Below, one piece after another: positions 9,784 to 19,982 of a DNA stretch of 64,000 nucleotides. Within the stretch, counting starts at the first letter, position 1; every line of letters begins with the position of its first letter. Under the pieces are notes generated by a model. That model did not search any database, was not told where the DNA came from, and saw only the letters and a list, made by a program, of their open reading frames with translations. Made by a program: the position numbers and the translations under genes. The stretch spans positions 598,221 to 662,220 of the forward strand of contig CBDFHB010000001.1 of NCBI GenBank assembly GCA_965247365.1. The letters are read 5' to 3'. This stretch comes from Candidatus Marinacidobacterales bacterium (lineage in GTDB: Bacteria > Acidobacteriota > Vicinamibacteria > Marinacidobacterales > SMYC01).

Positions 9784-10338
9784 TCAGAAGACGGGGTCCA
9801 TGCCTCCACCGAAATCGTCGTCGCTATCGTCGCTCTCCTCCTCGCGAGCCGAGCTGCCAAAGCCTCCCGCCTCGGGGCGCCGTACCGTGTCCGAGCCCCA
9901 GGGCGCGGTTGGCTTTTCCCAGGGAGCGGGAGCCGGGGCCGGGACCGGAGCAACGGGGGCCGGGGCCGGTTTCGGGGCCGCGGGCCTGGGTGCCGGGGAG
10001 GGCTTCTTTGGAGCCGACTTCTTTTTCGGCTTCTTCGGCGAAGCTTTCTTCTTCGCGGCTTTCTTTTTGGACGGCTTTTTCTTGGCCTTTCTCTTGGCTA
10101 CTTTCTTCTTGGCCTTCTTCTTTTTCGCAGCCTTCTTCTTCTTTCTGCCGGCCTTCTTCTTGGCTACTTTTCTCTTGGCTCTTTTGGCTTTCCTCTTTCC
10201 GGCTCTCTTCTTGGTCTTCTTCTTGGTCTTCTTAGCCTTCTTCTTTTTCGCGGCTTTCTTTTTCGTCACTTTCCGCTTCGCCGCTTTTTTCTTGGATACC
10301 TTCTTCCTGCTCTTGGCTTTCTTCTTTTTCTTCTTCAT
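9784..10338 (-). CDS. Histone H1-like Lys/Ala-rich protein with Pro/Ala linker and acidic tail
   Basis: KKKAAKK repeats, PAPAP linker, EEESDDSDDD tail; RBS GGAGG upstream. Confidence 0.75.
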   Translation of the reverse strand: MKKKKKKAKSRKKVSKKKAAKRKVTKKKAAKKKKAKKTKKKTKKRAGKRKAKRAKRKVAKKKAGRKKKKAAKKKKAKKKVAKRKAKKKPSKKKAAKKKASPKKPKKKSAPKKPSPAPRPAAPKPAPAPVAPVPAPAPAPWEKPTAPWGSDTVRRPEAGGFGSSAREEESDDSDDDFGGGMDPVF

Positions 10339-10530
10339 TTCAGCTGCCCACCTCCATCGAAGGCCAGAGGATTATGTAGAATCGCCTGGCTGCGAATCGT
10401 ATCCGCACGTCGTCGAGAATAACATCGATTGGTTCGGTCGTCACCTCGTTGAGTGTCCATTAATTTGTCGGCACGTGACTCGTCTGTTGTCTTTCACTTT
10501 AGTGGATCATCCTTGAATCGAACGCCCGGG

Positions 10531-10560
10531 ATTCTAGTGGGCATTGCTTCGAACTGTCAA
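10531..10560 (-). promoter_or_regulatory. sigma70-type promoter (TTGACA-18-TAGAAT) facing the histone-like gene
   Basis: Reverse complement of attcta-N18-tgtcaa. Confidence 0.65.
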
Positions 10561-10594
10561 AGGTGTTTTGATATTTCCCCGACGGTGTCGAGCC

Positions 10595-11440
10595 ATGGAA
10601 AAACTCAAGACCTACAGCCGTTTCGTCAAAATCGAGCACACGCTCTTCTCGTTTCCGTTGCTCGTCGCCGGCGCGCTTCTGGCTCGAGGCGAGCTCACCG
10701 CCCGGGTCTTCGTTCTGATCCTCGTCGCGGGGACCGGGGCCCGAACCGCAGCTCTCGCCCTGAACCGAATTCTCGACCGCACCATCGACATAAACAATCC
10801 CAGAACGGCTAGTCGAGAGCTCCCGTCCGGCGCCCTGAGCCTCGGAGAGGCTTTAGCCATCACGTTCCTCGGATCCGGTGTCTTCCTCGCGGCGGCCTAC
10901 CTGATCTCTCCACGCTGCCTCGTATTGGCGCCCATTCCGCTCGCGATTTTCCTGCTCTACCCGCTCATGAAGCGGCGCACGATGTGGGCCCACCTCGGCG
11001 TCGGGGCCGCACTTGCCATGGGCCCGCTCGGCGCCTGGTACGCGATTCAGCTCGATTTCCGCGACTTCCAGCCCGCACTCTATCTCTGCGCATTCACGTT
11101 CTTCTGGGTCGCCGGTTTCGACATCATCTACGCGACGCTCGATACAGACTTCGATCGAAGCTACGGCCTCCACTCGCTACCCGCTCGGCTCGGACGTGAG
11201 CGGGCTTTGTGGATCTCGCTCCTGTTTCACGTCGTGGCGTTTCTGCTCCTTTGCGTTCTCTATTGGACGGCGCTCGAAGGCGGACTCTCGGCGGCCCTCC
11301 TACTCCTCATCGGTGCTCTTCTCTTCGTGGAACATCGAAAAGCCTCCGATGTGGACCTCGCGTTTTTCAAGATCAACGCCGTACTGGGCTTCGTCGTCTT
11401 GGCCTTCGTGATGGCGGGCATCCTCGTGCCCTCGCCTTGA
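10595..11440 (+). CDS. UbiA-family prenyltransferase of the futalosine pathway (MqnP-like)
   Basis: VKIEHTLFSFP, NRILDRTIDINNPRT..R.LP, GFDIIYATLD; directly upstream of mqnE/A/C. Confidence 0.88.
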   Translation: MEKLKTYSRFVKIEHTLFSFPLLVAGALLARGELTARVFVLILVAGTGARTAALALNRILDRTIDINNPRTASRELPSGALSLGEALAITFLGSGVFLAAAYLISPRCLVLAPIPLAIFLLYPLMKRRTMWAHLGVGAALAMGPLGAWYAIQLDFRDFQPALYLCAFTFFWVAGFDIIYATLDTDFDRSYGLHSLPARLGRERALWISLLFHVVAFLLLCVLYWTALEGGLSAALLLLIGALLFVEHRKASDVDLAFFKINAVLGFVVLAFVMAGILVPSP

Positions 11441-11580
11441 GGACTCGTGTCCGGCACACGGTCGAGCCCGTCTCGTATCGGCGGCAGGCAAAGGCAGACA
11501 GCACTGGCGGCGATCGGCGCGTTGTGTCAGACTTTTCGCTTGCAGGCTACCGAACGAGCACTGAGGTAAGGAGGCAGAAG

Positions 11581-12684
11581 GTGAACGCGGCGACAAGAGT
11601 GGAGAGCATCGTCTTTCAAGATTCGAGACTCGTTCCCATATGGGGGAGGGTGCTCTCCTCGGAGCGACTCGACCGGAACGACGGCCTCGCCCTGCTCGAA
11701 AGCTGGGATCTGACCGCAATCGGCAAGATGGCCGACCATGTCAAGCGTTCCAAGTCGGACGAGCTCGTCTACTTCGTGATGAATCGGCAGCTCAATCCGA
11801 CGAATCTATGCGTCCTGGACTGCAGTTTCTGCGACTTCGCGGCGAAGCCTGGCGACGCGCATGCCTACGAGATGACACACGACGAGATGCTCGGGAAGCT
11901 CAGCGACGAGCTCTCGGAGGTGCATATCGTCGGGGGGCTCCATCCGAAGTGGCGTTTCGAGGACTATCTGAGGATCGTCCGGGACATTCACGACGCTTTT
12001 CCGAAGCTCCAGATCAAGGCCTGGACCGCGGTGGAGATCGACTGGTTCGCCCGCATTGGCCGCATGTCGATCCGCGAGGTTCTCGAGCGCATGCGGGAGG
12101 CCGGCCTAAAGTCGCTCCCTGGCGGCGGCGCGGAGGTCTTTTCGGAGCGTATCCGCCAGGCGACGTTCGAGCACAAGATGGGCGCGGAACGATGGCTCGA
12201 AGTGCACCGGATCGCCCACGAGATGGGAATCCCGTCCAACGCAACGCTCCTCTACGGTCACGTGGAAACTTACGAGGAGCGTGTCGACCACATGTTGCGA
12301 TTGAGGGAGGCTCAGGACGAGCAGCCGGGGTTTCTTTCCTTTATTCCCCTCGCTCTCCAGCCCGGAAACACGGGACTCGTGGAGCGCCAGGCCTCGGCGA
12401 TCGAGGATCTGAGAACCCTGGCCTGTGCCCGGCTCCTCTTGGACAACTTCGACCACATCAAGTCCTATTGGGTCATGCTCGGGGAGGAGACCGCCGCGGT
12501 CGGCTTGAGCTTCGGTGCAAGCGACCTCGACGGCACGATCGGGGAGGAACGCATCGCTCACTACGCTCAGGCGGGAAGCGCGGTCGGACTCGCCCGCGAG
12601 AGGCTCGTGTCCATGATTCGAGAGGCCGGAAAGGTGCCCGCGGAGCGAGACGCGCTCTACAATCTCGTTCGGGTCTACGATTAG
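11581..12684 (+). CDS. mqnE: Aminofutalosine synthase (radical SAM)
   Basis: NPTNLCVLDCSFCDF, HIVGGLHP, LPGGGAEVF, LLDNFDHIKSYW, DLDGTIGEERI; GTG start after AGGAGG. Confidence 0.88.
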   Translation: MNAATRVESIVFQDSRLVPIWGRVLSSERLDRNDGLALLESWDLTAIGKMADHVKRSKSDELVYFVMNRQLNPTNLCVLDCSFCDFAAKPGDAHAYEMTHDEMLGKLSDELSEVHIVGGLHPKWRFEDYLRIVRDIHDAFPKLQIKAWTAVEIDWFARIGRMSIREVLERMREAGLKSLPGGGAEVFSERIRQATFEHKMGAERWLEVHRIAHEMGIPSNATLLYGHVETYEERVDHMLRLREAQDEQPGFLSFIPLALQPGNTGLVERQASAIEDLRTLACARLLLDNFDHIKSYWVMLGEETAAVGLSFGASDLDGTIGEERIAHYAQAGSAVGLARERLVSMIREAGKVPAERDALYNLVRVYD

Positions 12685-12703
12685 CGGCGCGCAATAGGCT
12701 CGC

Positions 12704-13465
12704 ATGCGACTGCTCATCGGCCAGATTGCTTACCTCAACAGCCAGCCGTTCTACCCGCTCCTAGGCGAGCATCGGCTGATCCCGACCGCTCCGAGCGAGC
12801 TCGGTCGTATGGCGGCCAAGAGCGAGATCGACGCCGGAATTCTTGCGAGCGCGGATTTTCTCCTCTACGAGGACTGCTACGAGCCGATCGCGGATCTCGG
12901 CGTCGCCAATCGCGAGGAGGTCCGGAGCATACTGCTGGCGAGCAAGACACCCATCGGGGAGCTCGATTCGAAGATCGTCGGCATTACGGAGGACACCTCG
13001 ACCTCCGTGCAACTCTTACGCCTTCTACTCGAGGCTCGAGAAGGCATCCAGCCGGGGGCCTACGTTCGAGGCTTGAGGCAGGAAGCGGATGCGTTCCTCG
13101 TCATTGGGAATGAGGCGCTCATGCAGAACCGGCGTCCGACGCCCGGTTTCACCTATCGCTACGATCTCGCGACCGAGTGGTGGTCCTGGACAGGGCTGCC
13201 CTTCGTCTTCGCGCTCTGGGCCATTCGGCGCTCGCTTCCAGACAACGTCAAGTCCAGTTTCGCCGATCTCCTCGACCGCTCCTTCACCGTGGGCATGTCC
13301 CAAATCGACGACATAGCCGTGGAGTGCGAGGGCGAACTAGGCTCGAGAACGGAGCTAGCGGCGTACTTGAGGAACTTCCACTACAGGCTTGGCCCGGAGG
13401 AGATGGAGGGTCTCGCGCATTTCCGCCGGCTCATGCAAGAACATCGACTTTTGGAGCCTATATGA
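12704..13465 (+). CDS. mqnA: Chorismate dehydratase
   Basis: IAYLNSQP, S.TSV.L, LVIGNEAL, DLATEW...TGLPFVFALW. Confidence 0.88.
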   Translation: MRLLIGQIAYLNSQPFYPLLGEHRLIPTAPSELGRMAAKSEIDAGILASADFLLYEDCYEPIADLGVANREEVRSILLASKTPIGELDSKIVGITEDTSTSVQLLRLLLEAREGIQPGAYVRGLRQEADAFLVIGNEALMQNRRPTPGFTYRYDLATEWWSWTGLPFVFALWAIRRSLPDNVKSSFADLLDRSFTVGMSQIDDIAVECEGELGSRTELAAYLRNFHYRLGPEEMEGLAHFRRLMQEHRLLEPI

Positions 13466-14553
13466 GTGTGAGCGTCGATCGACTCGCGTCGATTCGGAAC
13501 AAAGTGCGGAGTAACGACCGGCTGGACCGAGAAGAAGGTTTGTTTCTTCTCCGCGAGGCGGAGATTCTGGACATCGGTCAGCTCGCGGCCGAGGTGAGGA
13601 AGCGACTCCATCCGGATCCCGTCGTCACCTTCGTCGTCGATACCAATCCCAATTACACGAACGTGTGCAACGTCGACTGCACCTTTTGCGCCTTCTATCG
13701 ACCTCCGGGGCACGAAGAGGCCTATACCCACGGTATCGATGACATGCTCGATCTGATCGACAAGTCCGTGGCGAAGGGCGTCACGACGGTGCTGATGCAG
13801 GGCGGCGTGAACCCGGAGCTGCCGCTTTCCTACTACCTCGACATGGTGCGCGCCGTGAAGAAGCGCCATCCCCAAGTGACACCCCACTTCTGGTCTGCGG
13901 TGGAGATCGAAGGAATGGCCACTGTTTCCGGGAGGTCGGTCCGAGAGGTGCTCGAGGCGCTCAAACAAGCAGGACAAGTGACTCTACCGGGAGGCGGTGC
14001 CGAGATCCTGTCCGAGCGTGTGAGACGCAAGATCTCGCACAAGAAGGGCCTGGCAGCAAGCTGGCTGGACGTGCACCGCGAAGCCCACGCCGTCGGAATG
14101 CGGTCGACCGCCACGATGATGTACGGCCACGTCGAGAACGAAGAGGACATCATCGAGCACCTCGACCGCATTCGGGACCTGCAGGACGAGTTCCAAGGTT
14201 TCACGGCTTTCGTCCCTTGGAGTTTCAAGCCCGGGAACACGCCTCTCGTCAAGAAGATTCCGCGTCATGCAGGCCCCAACGAATACCTCAGAATCCTGGG
14301 CGTTTCGCGGCTCTATTTGGACAACTTCGACCACATTCAGGCTTCCTGGTTCTCGGAGGGCAAGAAGACCGGGCAAGTGGCGCTCCACTGGGGGGCGGAC
14401 GACTTCGGTGGCACACTCTTCGAGGAGAACGTGCACGCCGCGACGGGATTTTTCAACCAGACCTCGACGGAAGAGGTCAAAGCCATCATCCGCGAGGCAG
14501 GTTTCAAACCGGCGCAGCGAACGACGCTCTACGAGATTCTCGAAGTCTTCTAG
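13462..14553 (+). CDS. mqnC: Cyclic dehypoxanthinyl futalosine synthase (radical SAM)
   Basis: NYTNVCNVDCTFCAFYR, QGGVNP, PGGGAEIL, DNFDHIQASW, EENV; ATG at 13462 overlaps the mqnA stop. Confidence 0.9.
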   Translation: MSVSVDRLASIRNKVRSNDRLDREEGLFLLREAEILDIGQLAAEVRKRLHPDPVVTFVVDTNPNYTNVCNVDCTFCAFYRPPGHEEAYTHGIDDMLDLIDKSVAKGVTTVLMQGGVNPELPLSYYLDMVRAVKKRHPQVTPHFWSAVEIEGMATVSGRSVREVLEALKQAGQVTLPGGGAEILSERVRRKISHKKGLAASWLDVHREAHAVGMRSTATMMYGHVENEEDIIEHLDRIRDLQDEFQGFTAFVPWSFKPGNTPLVKKIPRHAGPNEYLRILGVSRLYLDNFDHIQASWFSEGKKTGQVALHWGADDFGGTLFEENVHAATGFFNQTSTEEVKAIIREAGFKPAQRTTLYEILEVF

Positions 14554-14568
14554 CGAGCGGAGCGAGTG

Positions 14569-15561
14569 CTAAATCTCAGACCGTAGGGGTCGGCTCATCA
14601 GCTCTTTCATCGCCTCCCGAGGCGTCGTCTTGCCGGAAAGCAAGCGCTCCATCTGAAAGACGATGGGCATCTCGACATCGTGCTGTCTCGCGAGCGCGGC
14701 GGCAGCATGGGTAGTGCTCACACCCTCCGCCACCTGATCCATCGTCGATACGATCTCTGCGAGGGAGCGGCCTTTGCCCAGCTCGAGGCCGACCCGCCGG
14801 TTCCGCGACAGATGCCCCGTGCAGGTGAGCACCAAGTCTCCCATGCCGGTTAGTCCCGCGAGGGTCCCGCGTTTGCCTCCCATCGCGATCGAGAGACGGG
14901 AGATCTCCTCGAGACCGCGAGTCATCAGGGCGGCCGCGGGATTGTACCCGAGCTCGAGACCGGCGGCGACGCCCACGGCAAGCGCGATCACGTTCTTCAG
15001 AGCGCCCCCGAGCTCGACGCCAACGATGTCGTCATTCGTGTATATCCTGAAGCTTGCGGACGAGAAATGGCGCTGGACCTCGAGAGCCGGTGCGGGAGTC
15101 GGGCTGGCCGCGACGAGCGCCGTGGGCTCGCCTCTCGCGACCTCCCGAGCGAAGCTCGGTCCGGAGAGCGCCACAATCGTGGGCTTCTGGGGAAGCTCCG
15201 ATCGGATGACTTCGCTCATCCGAACAAGGGATCCCTCCTCGATTCCTTTCGTCGCGCTGACGAGAGGGCAGGACTCCGGGATATGGGGCGAGAGCGCCTT
15301 CACGACGGAGCGAAGATATCGGGAGGGCACCACGAGAAAGACGTGAGCGACGCCTTCGACGGCTTCCCCGAGCCCGCCGGTGACTCGTAGCTCAGGGGGC
15401 AGCTCGATCCCGGGTAGGAAGCGATCGTTGATCCGCCTTTCGGCGATGCTGAGGCGAACGTCGTCCTCGCGGACCCAGAGCGCGACCTCGTGGCTTTGCT
15501 CGGAGAGGACCTTGGCAAGCGCGGTCCCCCAAGCGCCCGCGCCAATGACGGCAAGTTTCAA
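14569..15561 (-). CDS. gpsA: NAD(P)H-dependent glycerol-3-phosphate dehydrogenase
   Basis: GAGAWGTALA, TKGIE, SGPSFA, GGALKNVIA, GDLVLTC..LSRN. Confidence 0.96.
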   Translation of the reverse strand: MKLAVIGAGAWGTALAKVLSEQSHEVALWVREDDVRLSIAERRINDRFLPGIELPPELRVTGGLGEAVEGVAHVFLVVPSRYLRSVVKALSPHIPESCPLVSATKGIEEGSLVRMSEVIRSELPQKPTIVALSGPSFAREVARGEPTALVAASPTPAPALEVQRHFSSASFRIYTNDDIVGVELGGALKNVIALAVGVAAGLELGYNPAAALMTRGLEEISRLSIAMGGKRGTLAGLTGMGDLVLTCTGHLSRNRRVGLELGKGRSLAEIVSTMDQVAEGVSTTHAAAALARQHDVEMPIVFQMERLLSGKTTPREAMKELMSRPLRSEI

Positions 15562-15659
15562 AGTTCGTCTTTTTTGGCGTTGCGATAGAGGAGGTAGCCG
15601 AATCCGCCCCAGATGCTACCGAGAACGACTGCCATCGTAAGAATGCCGAGACCGCTCAT
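15558..15659 (-). CDS. 33-aa single-TM protein (MetS-like small subunit)
   Basis: MSGLGILTMAVVLGSIWGGFGYLLYRNAKKDEL; its stop overlaps the gpsA start. Confidence 0.55.
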   Translation of the reverse strand: MSGLGILTMAVVLGSIWGGFGYLLYRNAKKDEL

Positions 15660-15678
15660 TAGGATTGGCCGAGGGGCA

Positions 15679-15846
15679 TCAGTCCTCGTCCCCGAAAAAG
15701 AAATAGTCCGAGCACGCCTTGGAGCAGAACGAGCGACCGCCCCGATCAGACTCGCACTCCTCACAGTAGTAGCGGAAACACATAACGCATTTCTTCAGCT
15801 GCCGCTCTTCTTCGCTGATATTGCATTGCCAGCATTCGTTCTCCAT
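15679..15846 (-). CDS. 55-aa Cys-rich (double zinc-finger-like) protein
   Basis: CWQC, CVMC, CEEC, CSKAC; RBS GAGGAG. Confidence 0.7.
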   Translation of the reverse strand: MENECWQCNISEEERQLKKCVMCFRYYCEECESDRGGRSFCSKACSDYFFFGDED

Positions 15847-15883
15847 CAACGTTCTCCTCAAACGAGCTCGCAGCGCGGTTTTC

Positions 15884-15916
15884 TTGACAAATCCATAGAA
15901 CTTACTCTATTATAAT
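15884..15916 (+). promoter_or_regulatory. sigma70-type promoter for the tilS operon
   Basis: TTGACA at 15884; TATTAT at 18-nt spacing, overlapping a TATAAT at 15911. Confidence 0.55.
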
Positions 15917-15962
15917 GTACTTAGGCGGAAATCTCCAGGCAACCCGCTCCAGACTCCCGATT

Positions 15963-17393
15963 ATGATCGTTCGAAAACTGAAGGCCGCGATCTCGGAATT
16001 CGACATGTTCCGCCCGGGAAACAGGGTCCTCCTAGGCCTTTCCGGTGGCCCGGATTCCGTGGCGCTGCTGCACCTGCTCGCTCAGCTCACGCCCGAGTGG
16101 CGCTTGCAGCTGGTAGTCGCGCACTTGAACCACGGACTGCGGGCCGCGGCGGGTGAGGACGAGTCTTTCTGTCGGGAGCTTGCTCGAAAGCTGAGCTTGC
16201 CCTTCGTCTCGGGGCGAGCCGACGTCGGCCGGGAAGCGCGCGATGCGCGCCGATCCCTGGAGGATGCAGGTAGGAGGGCGCGGTACCGCTTCTTGAACGA
16301 GACGGCGGACGCCTTCGAATGTCATCGTATCGCGGTCGGCCACACCCGCGATGACCAGGCCGAGACCTTTCTGCACCGCTTGTTGCGGGGCTCCGGGAGC
16401 CGTGGACTCTCGGCGGTTCATCCGGTCGTCGAACGGCGCCTGATCCGACCCTTGTTAGGCGTGCGACGAGCCGAGGTCCTGGCCTATCTCTCGGACCGCG
16501 GACTCCCGTTTCGGGAAGACGAGAGCAATCGCGATGAGCGTTTCACCCGAAACCGTCTGCGCCACCGAACGCTTCCCCGACTCGCGGAAGAGTTCAACCC
16601 GAAGCTCGTCGAGACGCTCGCGGCGAGCGCCGATCTGCTTCGCGAGGACGAGTCGTGGATGGAGGAGAGGACGCAAAGCGCCTTCGCGGAGCTCGCTAGC
16701 ATCGAAGGCGATGCCCTGCGGCTTCCTGTTCCCGAGCTCGGACGCCTCCATCGCGCGCTGAAACGGCGAGTTCTTCGCCACGCCTTCGCTCGGGTGCGCG
16801 GGGATTTGACGGATGTCTCGAAGACCCACGTCGACGGCGCACTCGGTCTCCTGACGTCAGGCAAGAGTGGTAGAGAAATCCACCTGCCGGGATTGACGGT
16901 GGAACGATCCTTCAACGAGCTCTGGATTCGACGCAAACCCGGCCGCGAGAAGCGAGAGCGAGCAAAATCCGGCTATAATGGGTTCGAGTACAAACTGTCG
17001 TTTCCGGCTCGGATTCGTATCCCGGAGCTTCAGGGCATGCTGACGACCTCCATCGTTACGACTCCCACGGCCGAGGGCGCGGCGAGCGAACGAGCGGCAG
17101 TTGGTCGAGTGGTCGTAATCGGAATCGAGGGGAGGCTACCGGTCATAAAAGTGAGAAGTCCGAATCCCGGAGATCGTTTCCGTCCTCTGGGCGCTCCCGG
17201 AAGAAAGACCCTGCGACGGTATCTGATGGAGCGAAGAGTGCCGCGGTCGGAGCGAGCTCGAGTCCCCGTCGTGGTCCGGAGTGGGCGAGAATCGGACGAA
17301 GAAATTCTCTGGGTCGTCGGACATGGGATCGCCGAGAGCGCGCGTTTCTCGGCAGGGCGGACGCTGCTCGAGCTTCGGTGGATGAGTAAATGA
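15963..17393 (+). CDS. tilS: tRNA(Ile)-lysidine synthase
   Basis: SGGPDS, HLNHGLR, GHTRDDQAET, IRPLL, DESN...RNRLR. Confidence 0.95.
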   Translation: MIVRKLKAAISEFDMFRPGNRVLLGLSGGPDSVALLHLLAQLTPEWRLQLVVAHLNHGLRAAAGEDESFCRELARKLSLPFVSGRADVGREARDARRSLEDAGRRARYRFLNETADAFECHRIAVGHTRDDQAETFLHRLLRGSGSRGLSAVHPVVERRLIRPLLGVRRAEVLAYLSDRGLPFREDESNRDERFTRNRLRHRTLPRLAEEFNPKLVETLAASADLLREDESWMEERTQSAFAELASIEGDALRLPVPELGRLHRALKRRVLRHAFARVRGDLTDVSKTHVDGALGLLTSGKSGREIHLPGLTVERSFNELWIRRKPGREKRERAKSGYNGFEYKLSFPARIRIPELQGMLTTSIVTTPTAEGAASERAAVGRVVVIGIEGRLPVIKVRSPNPGDRFRPLGAPGRKTLRRYLMERRVPRSERARVPVVVRSGRESDEEILWVVGHGIAESARFSAGRTLLELRWMSK

Positions 17394-17914
17394 GTAAAGG
17401 CAATGGGCTCACGGTTCTCTTCAGCGAGGAGGAGGTCTGCGCACGGGTCGCAGCTCTCGGCCGTCGTATCTCCGAGGATTTCCCCCAGGGAAACTTGGCC
17501 TGCATCGGTGTCTTGCCGAACTCGATGGTGTTCATGGCCGACCTGATTCGTCGAATCGATCAGTCCCTGACCTGCGATTTCCTCAAGGTCGGATCGTCCG
17601 ACTCGAGGCGCGTCGACATCGCCTTCGGAACAGCGAACGATTTCAGCGCACGCGACGTATTGCTTATTCAGGGGGTCGTGGATACGGGAGTGACTTTGAG
17701 TTTCATCACTGGACACATCGAAGAGACTTGGAAACCGCGAACTCTGAAAGTCGCGGCACTCATCAACCGCGAGAATCATCGCAAGGTGGATTGCCCGGTG
17801 GACTATGCCTGTTTCGAGCTGGAGAAGGAAGGTTTCGTCGCCGGTTATGGTTTGGGGTTTCACGAGCAACATCGCGGTGCCCCTTTTCTAGGGCTCGCCA
17901 AAGAGCCGACCTGA
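17390..17914 (+). CDS. hpt: Hypoxanthine phosphoribosyltransferase homolog with degenerate active site
   Basis: HPRT fold and tilS-hpt-ftsH synteny, but IQGVVDTG replaces VEDIIDTG and GYGLG replaces GYGLD. Confidence 0.75.
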   Translation: MSKGNGLTVLFSEEEVCARVAALGRRISEDFPQGNLACIGVLPNSMVFMADLIRRIDQSLTCDFLKVGSSDSRRVDIAFGTANDFSARDVLLIQGVVDTGVTLSFITGHIEETWKPRTLKVAALINRENHRKVDCPVDYACFELEKEGFVAGYGLGFHEQHRGAPFLGLAKEPT

Positions 17915-17941
17915 ACTGGTCACTTTTATTCGGAGGCAACC

Positions 17942-19873
17942 GTGAACTCAACCATGAAGAACTTGATGTTCTGGATGGTTGCTGCGCTCGTCATCTTCCT
18001 TTTTTGGAGTGTCTCGTCGCGCATCCAGAAGAACGAGCGCCAGCTGAGCTTCAGCGATTTCATGGCCCAACTGGACCGTGGCAGCGTCGCTAAAGTCACC
18101 ATCACCGGAACGGGCGCTGGAAGCCATATTGTGGGCGAGTTCAAGAACGGCCAGTCGATCAAAACTTTCGCGCCCCCTCAATTCGAGAACCTCGTCAACC
18201 TGATGCTCGAGAAAGGAGTCGAGGTCAACGCAAGGGATGCAAACAGCTCCTCGTGGCTCGGCCATCTCATCAGCTGGACTCCCATCGTCATCATGATCGC
18301 CTTTCTCATCTTCTTCATGCGCCAAATGCAGGGCTCCGGGAATCGTGCCCTGTCTTTCGGCAAGAGCAAGGCGAAACTCAGCTCGAGCCAGCAAAAGAAA
18401 GTTACGTTCAAAGACGTCGCCGGTGTCGACGAGGCGAAGGAAGAGCTCCAGGAGATCATCGACTTCTTGAGAGAGCCGCAGAAATTCCAGAAGTTGGGGG
18501 GCCGCATACCGAAGGGCGTCCTTTTGATGGGCCCTCCCGGTACGGGAAAGACGCTCCTCGCGCGCGCGATTTCCGGCGAGGCCAACGTCCCCTTCTTCTC
18601 CATAAGCGGCTCGGACTTCGTCGAGATGTTCGTAGGCGTTGGTGCGAGTCGTGTTCGGGATCTGTTCGAGCAGGGCAAGAAGAACGCTCCCTGCATCATT
18701 TTCATCGACGAAATCGACGCCGTGGGTCGACACCGCGGCGCTGGCCTGGGAGGCGGACACGACGAGCGTGAGCAGACGCTCAATCAGCTGCTCGTCGAGA
18801 TGGACGGATTCGAGTCAAACGAGGGAGTGATTCTCATCGCGGCGACGAATCGTCCGGACGTTCTCGACCCGGCCCTGCTGCGGCCCGGTCGTTTCGATCG
18901 GCGTGTCGTCGTCTCGCTGCCCGACGTCGGCGGACGCGAGGGAATCCTGAAAGTCCACACGAGCCGCATCCCGCTGGCCAACGACGTCGCCCTGATGATT
19001 CTCGCTCGAGGAACACCGGGGTTTTCCGGAGCTGATCTAGCGAACCTCGTGAACGAGGCTGCGCTCAACGCCGCGCGGCGAGGTCAGAAAGTCGTGCGAA
19101 TGGACGACTTCGAGGAAGCCAAGGACAAGGTGCTCATGGGCGCCGAACGACGATCGCTGATCATGAGCGACGACGAGAAACGAACGACGGCCTACCACGA
19201 GGGCGGGCATGCGCTCGTCGCCGTTTTCATCGACAAGGCCGACCCGATCCACAAGGTCACGATCATTCCTCGCGGCATGGCGATGGGGGTGACGATGTTG
19301 CTTCCCGAGACCGACCGCCACAGTCACGACCGCGAATACGTCGAGGCGAATATCGCGGTCAAGATGGGAGGCCGCATCGCGGAAGAGCTCGTGCTGGACC
19401 AGATGACGACGGGCGCCCACGACGACCTCGAGAAAGCGACCGAGCTGGCTCGCAAGATGGTCTGTGAATGGGGCATGAGTCGGAAGATGGGCCCTCTCAC
19501 GTTCGGGCGGAAGGAAGAGCAGGTATTCCTTGGCCGTGATATCGCCCGGCACCAGGACTATAGCGAGGACACCGCGATCAAGATCGACCAGGAGGTCAAG
19601 CGCATCGTCGAGGAAAACTACGATCGCGCAAAAAACATCTTGATGAAGAATCGACCCCTTCTCGACAAGATAGCGGAAGCGCTGCTCGAGCGAGAGGTCC
19701 TGGAGGGCGAGGAAGTCAAGATGCTCCTCGATGGACTTCCGCTCAAGGCTCGGGAGCCCGTGTCCGACGAGGTCTCGCGCGAAGAGCCCGAGGCCAAGAA
19801 AACGGAGCAGGAGCGGAAAGCGCCACGAACCCCTCCCATTCTGCAGAACCCGGGCAGCGTCACACAGAGCTAA
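17942..19873 (+). CDS. ftsH: ATP-dependent zinc metalloprotease FtsH
   Basis: [30 protein letters not shown]. Confidence 0.98.
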   Translation: MNSTMKNLMFWMVAALVIFLFWSVSSRIQKNERQLSFSDFMAQLDRGSVAKVTITGTGAGSHIVGEFKNGQSIKTFAPPQFENLVNLMLEKGVEVNARDANSSSWLGHLISWTPIVIMIAFLIFFMRQMQGSGNRALSFGKSKAKLSSSQQKKVTFKDVAGVDEAKEELQEIIDFLREPQKFQKLGGRIPKGVLLMGPPGTGKTLLARAISGEANVPFFSISGSDFVEMFVGVGASRVRDLFEQGKKNAPCIIFIDEIDAVGRHRGAGLGGGHDEREQTLNQLLVEMDGFESNEGVILIAATNRPDVLDPALLRPGRFDRRVVVSLPDVGGREGILKVHTSRIPLANDVALMILARGTPGFSGADLANLVNEAALNAARRGQKVVRMDDFEEAKDKVLMGAERRSLIMSDDEKRTTAYHEGGHALVAVFIDKADPIHKVTIIPRGMAMGVTMLLPETDRHSHDREYVEANIAVKMGGRIAEELVLDQMTTGAHDDLEKATELARKMVCEWGMSRKMGPLTFGRKEEQVFLGRDIARHQDYSEDTAIKIDQEVKRIVEENYDRAKNILMKNRPLLDKIAEALLEREVLEGEEVKMLLDGLPLKAREPVSDEVSREEPEAKKTEQERKAPRTPPILQNPGSVTQS

Positions 19874-19982
19874 TTCAAGAACCGATTTCGGCACCGAAGG
19901 CAGAATCCTTCATCGTTCACTCGAGCGGTCTCGTTGGAGGCGGGCGTCTCTTACGCGAGTACCGCCCACCGATCGTCGCAAC

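Noticed and set aside
9800-10516. 238-aa Phe-rich plus-strand ORF
   Set aside because: Antisense shadow of the Lys-rich histone-like gene (AAG reads as CTT/TTC).
11441-11580. Riboswitch upstream of mqnE, or the N-terminal extension in ORF 11209
   Set aside because: No recognisable aptamer; the RBS and homology support the GTG start at 11581.
17382-17398. Tandem ATGAGTAA duplication at the tilS/hpt junction
   Set aside because: An 8-bp duplication producing ordinary stop/start overlap; no sign of a mobile-element footprint.
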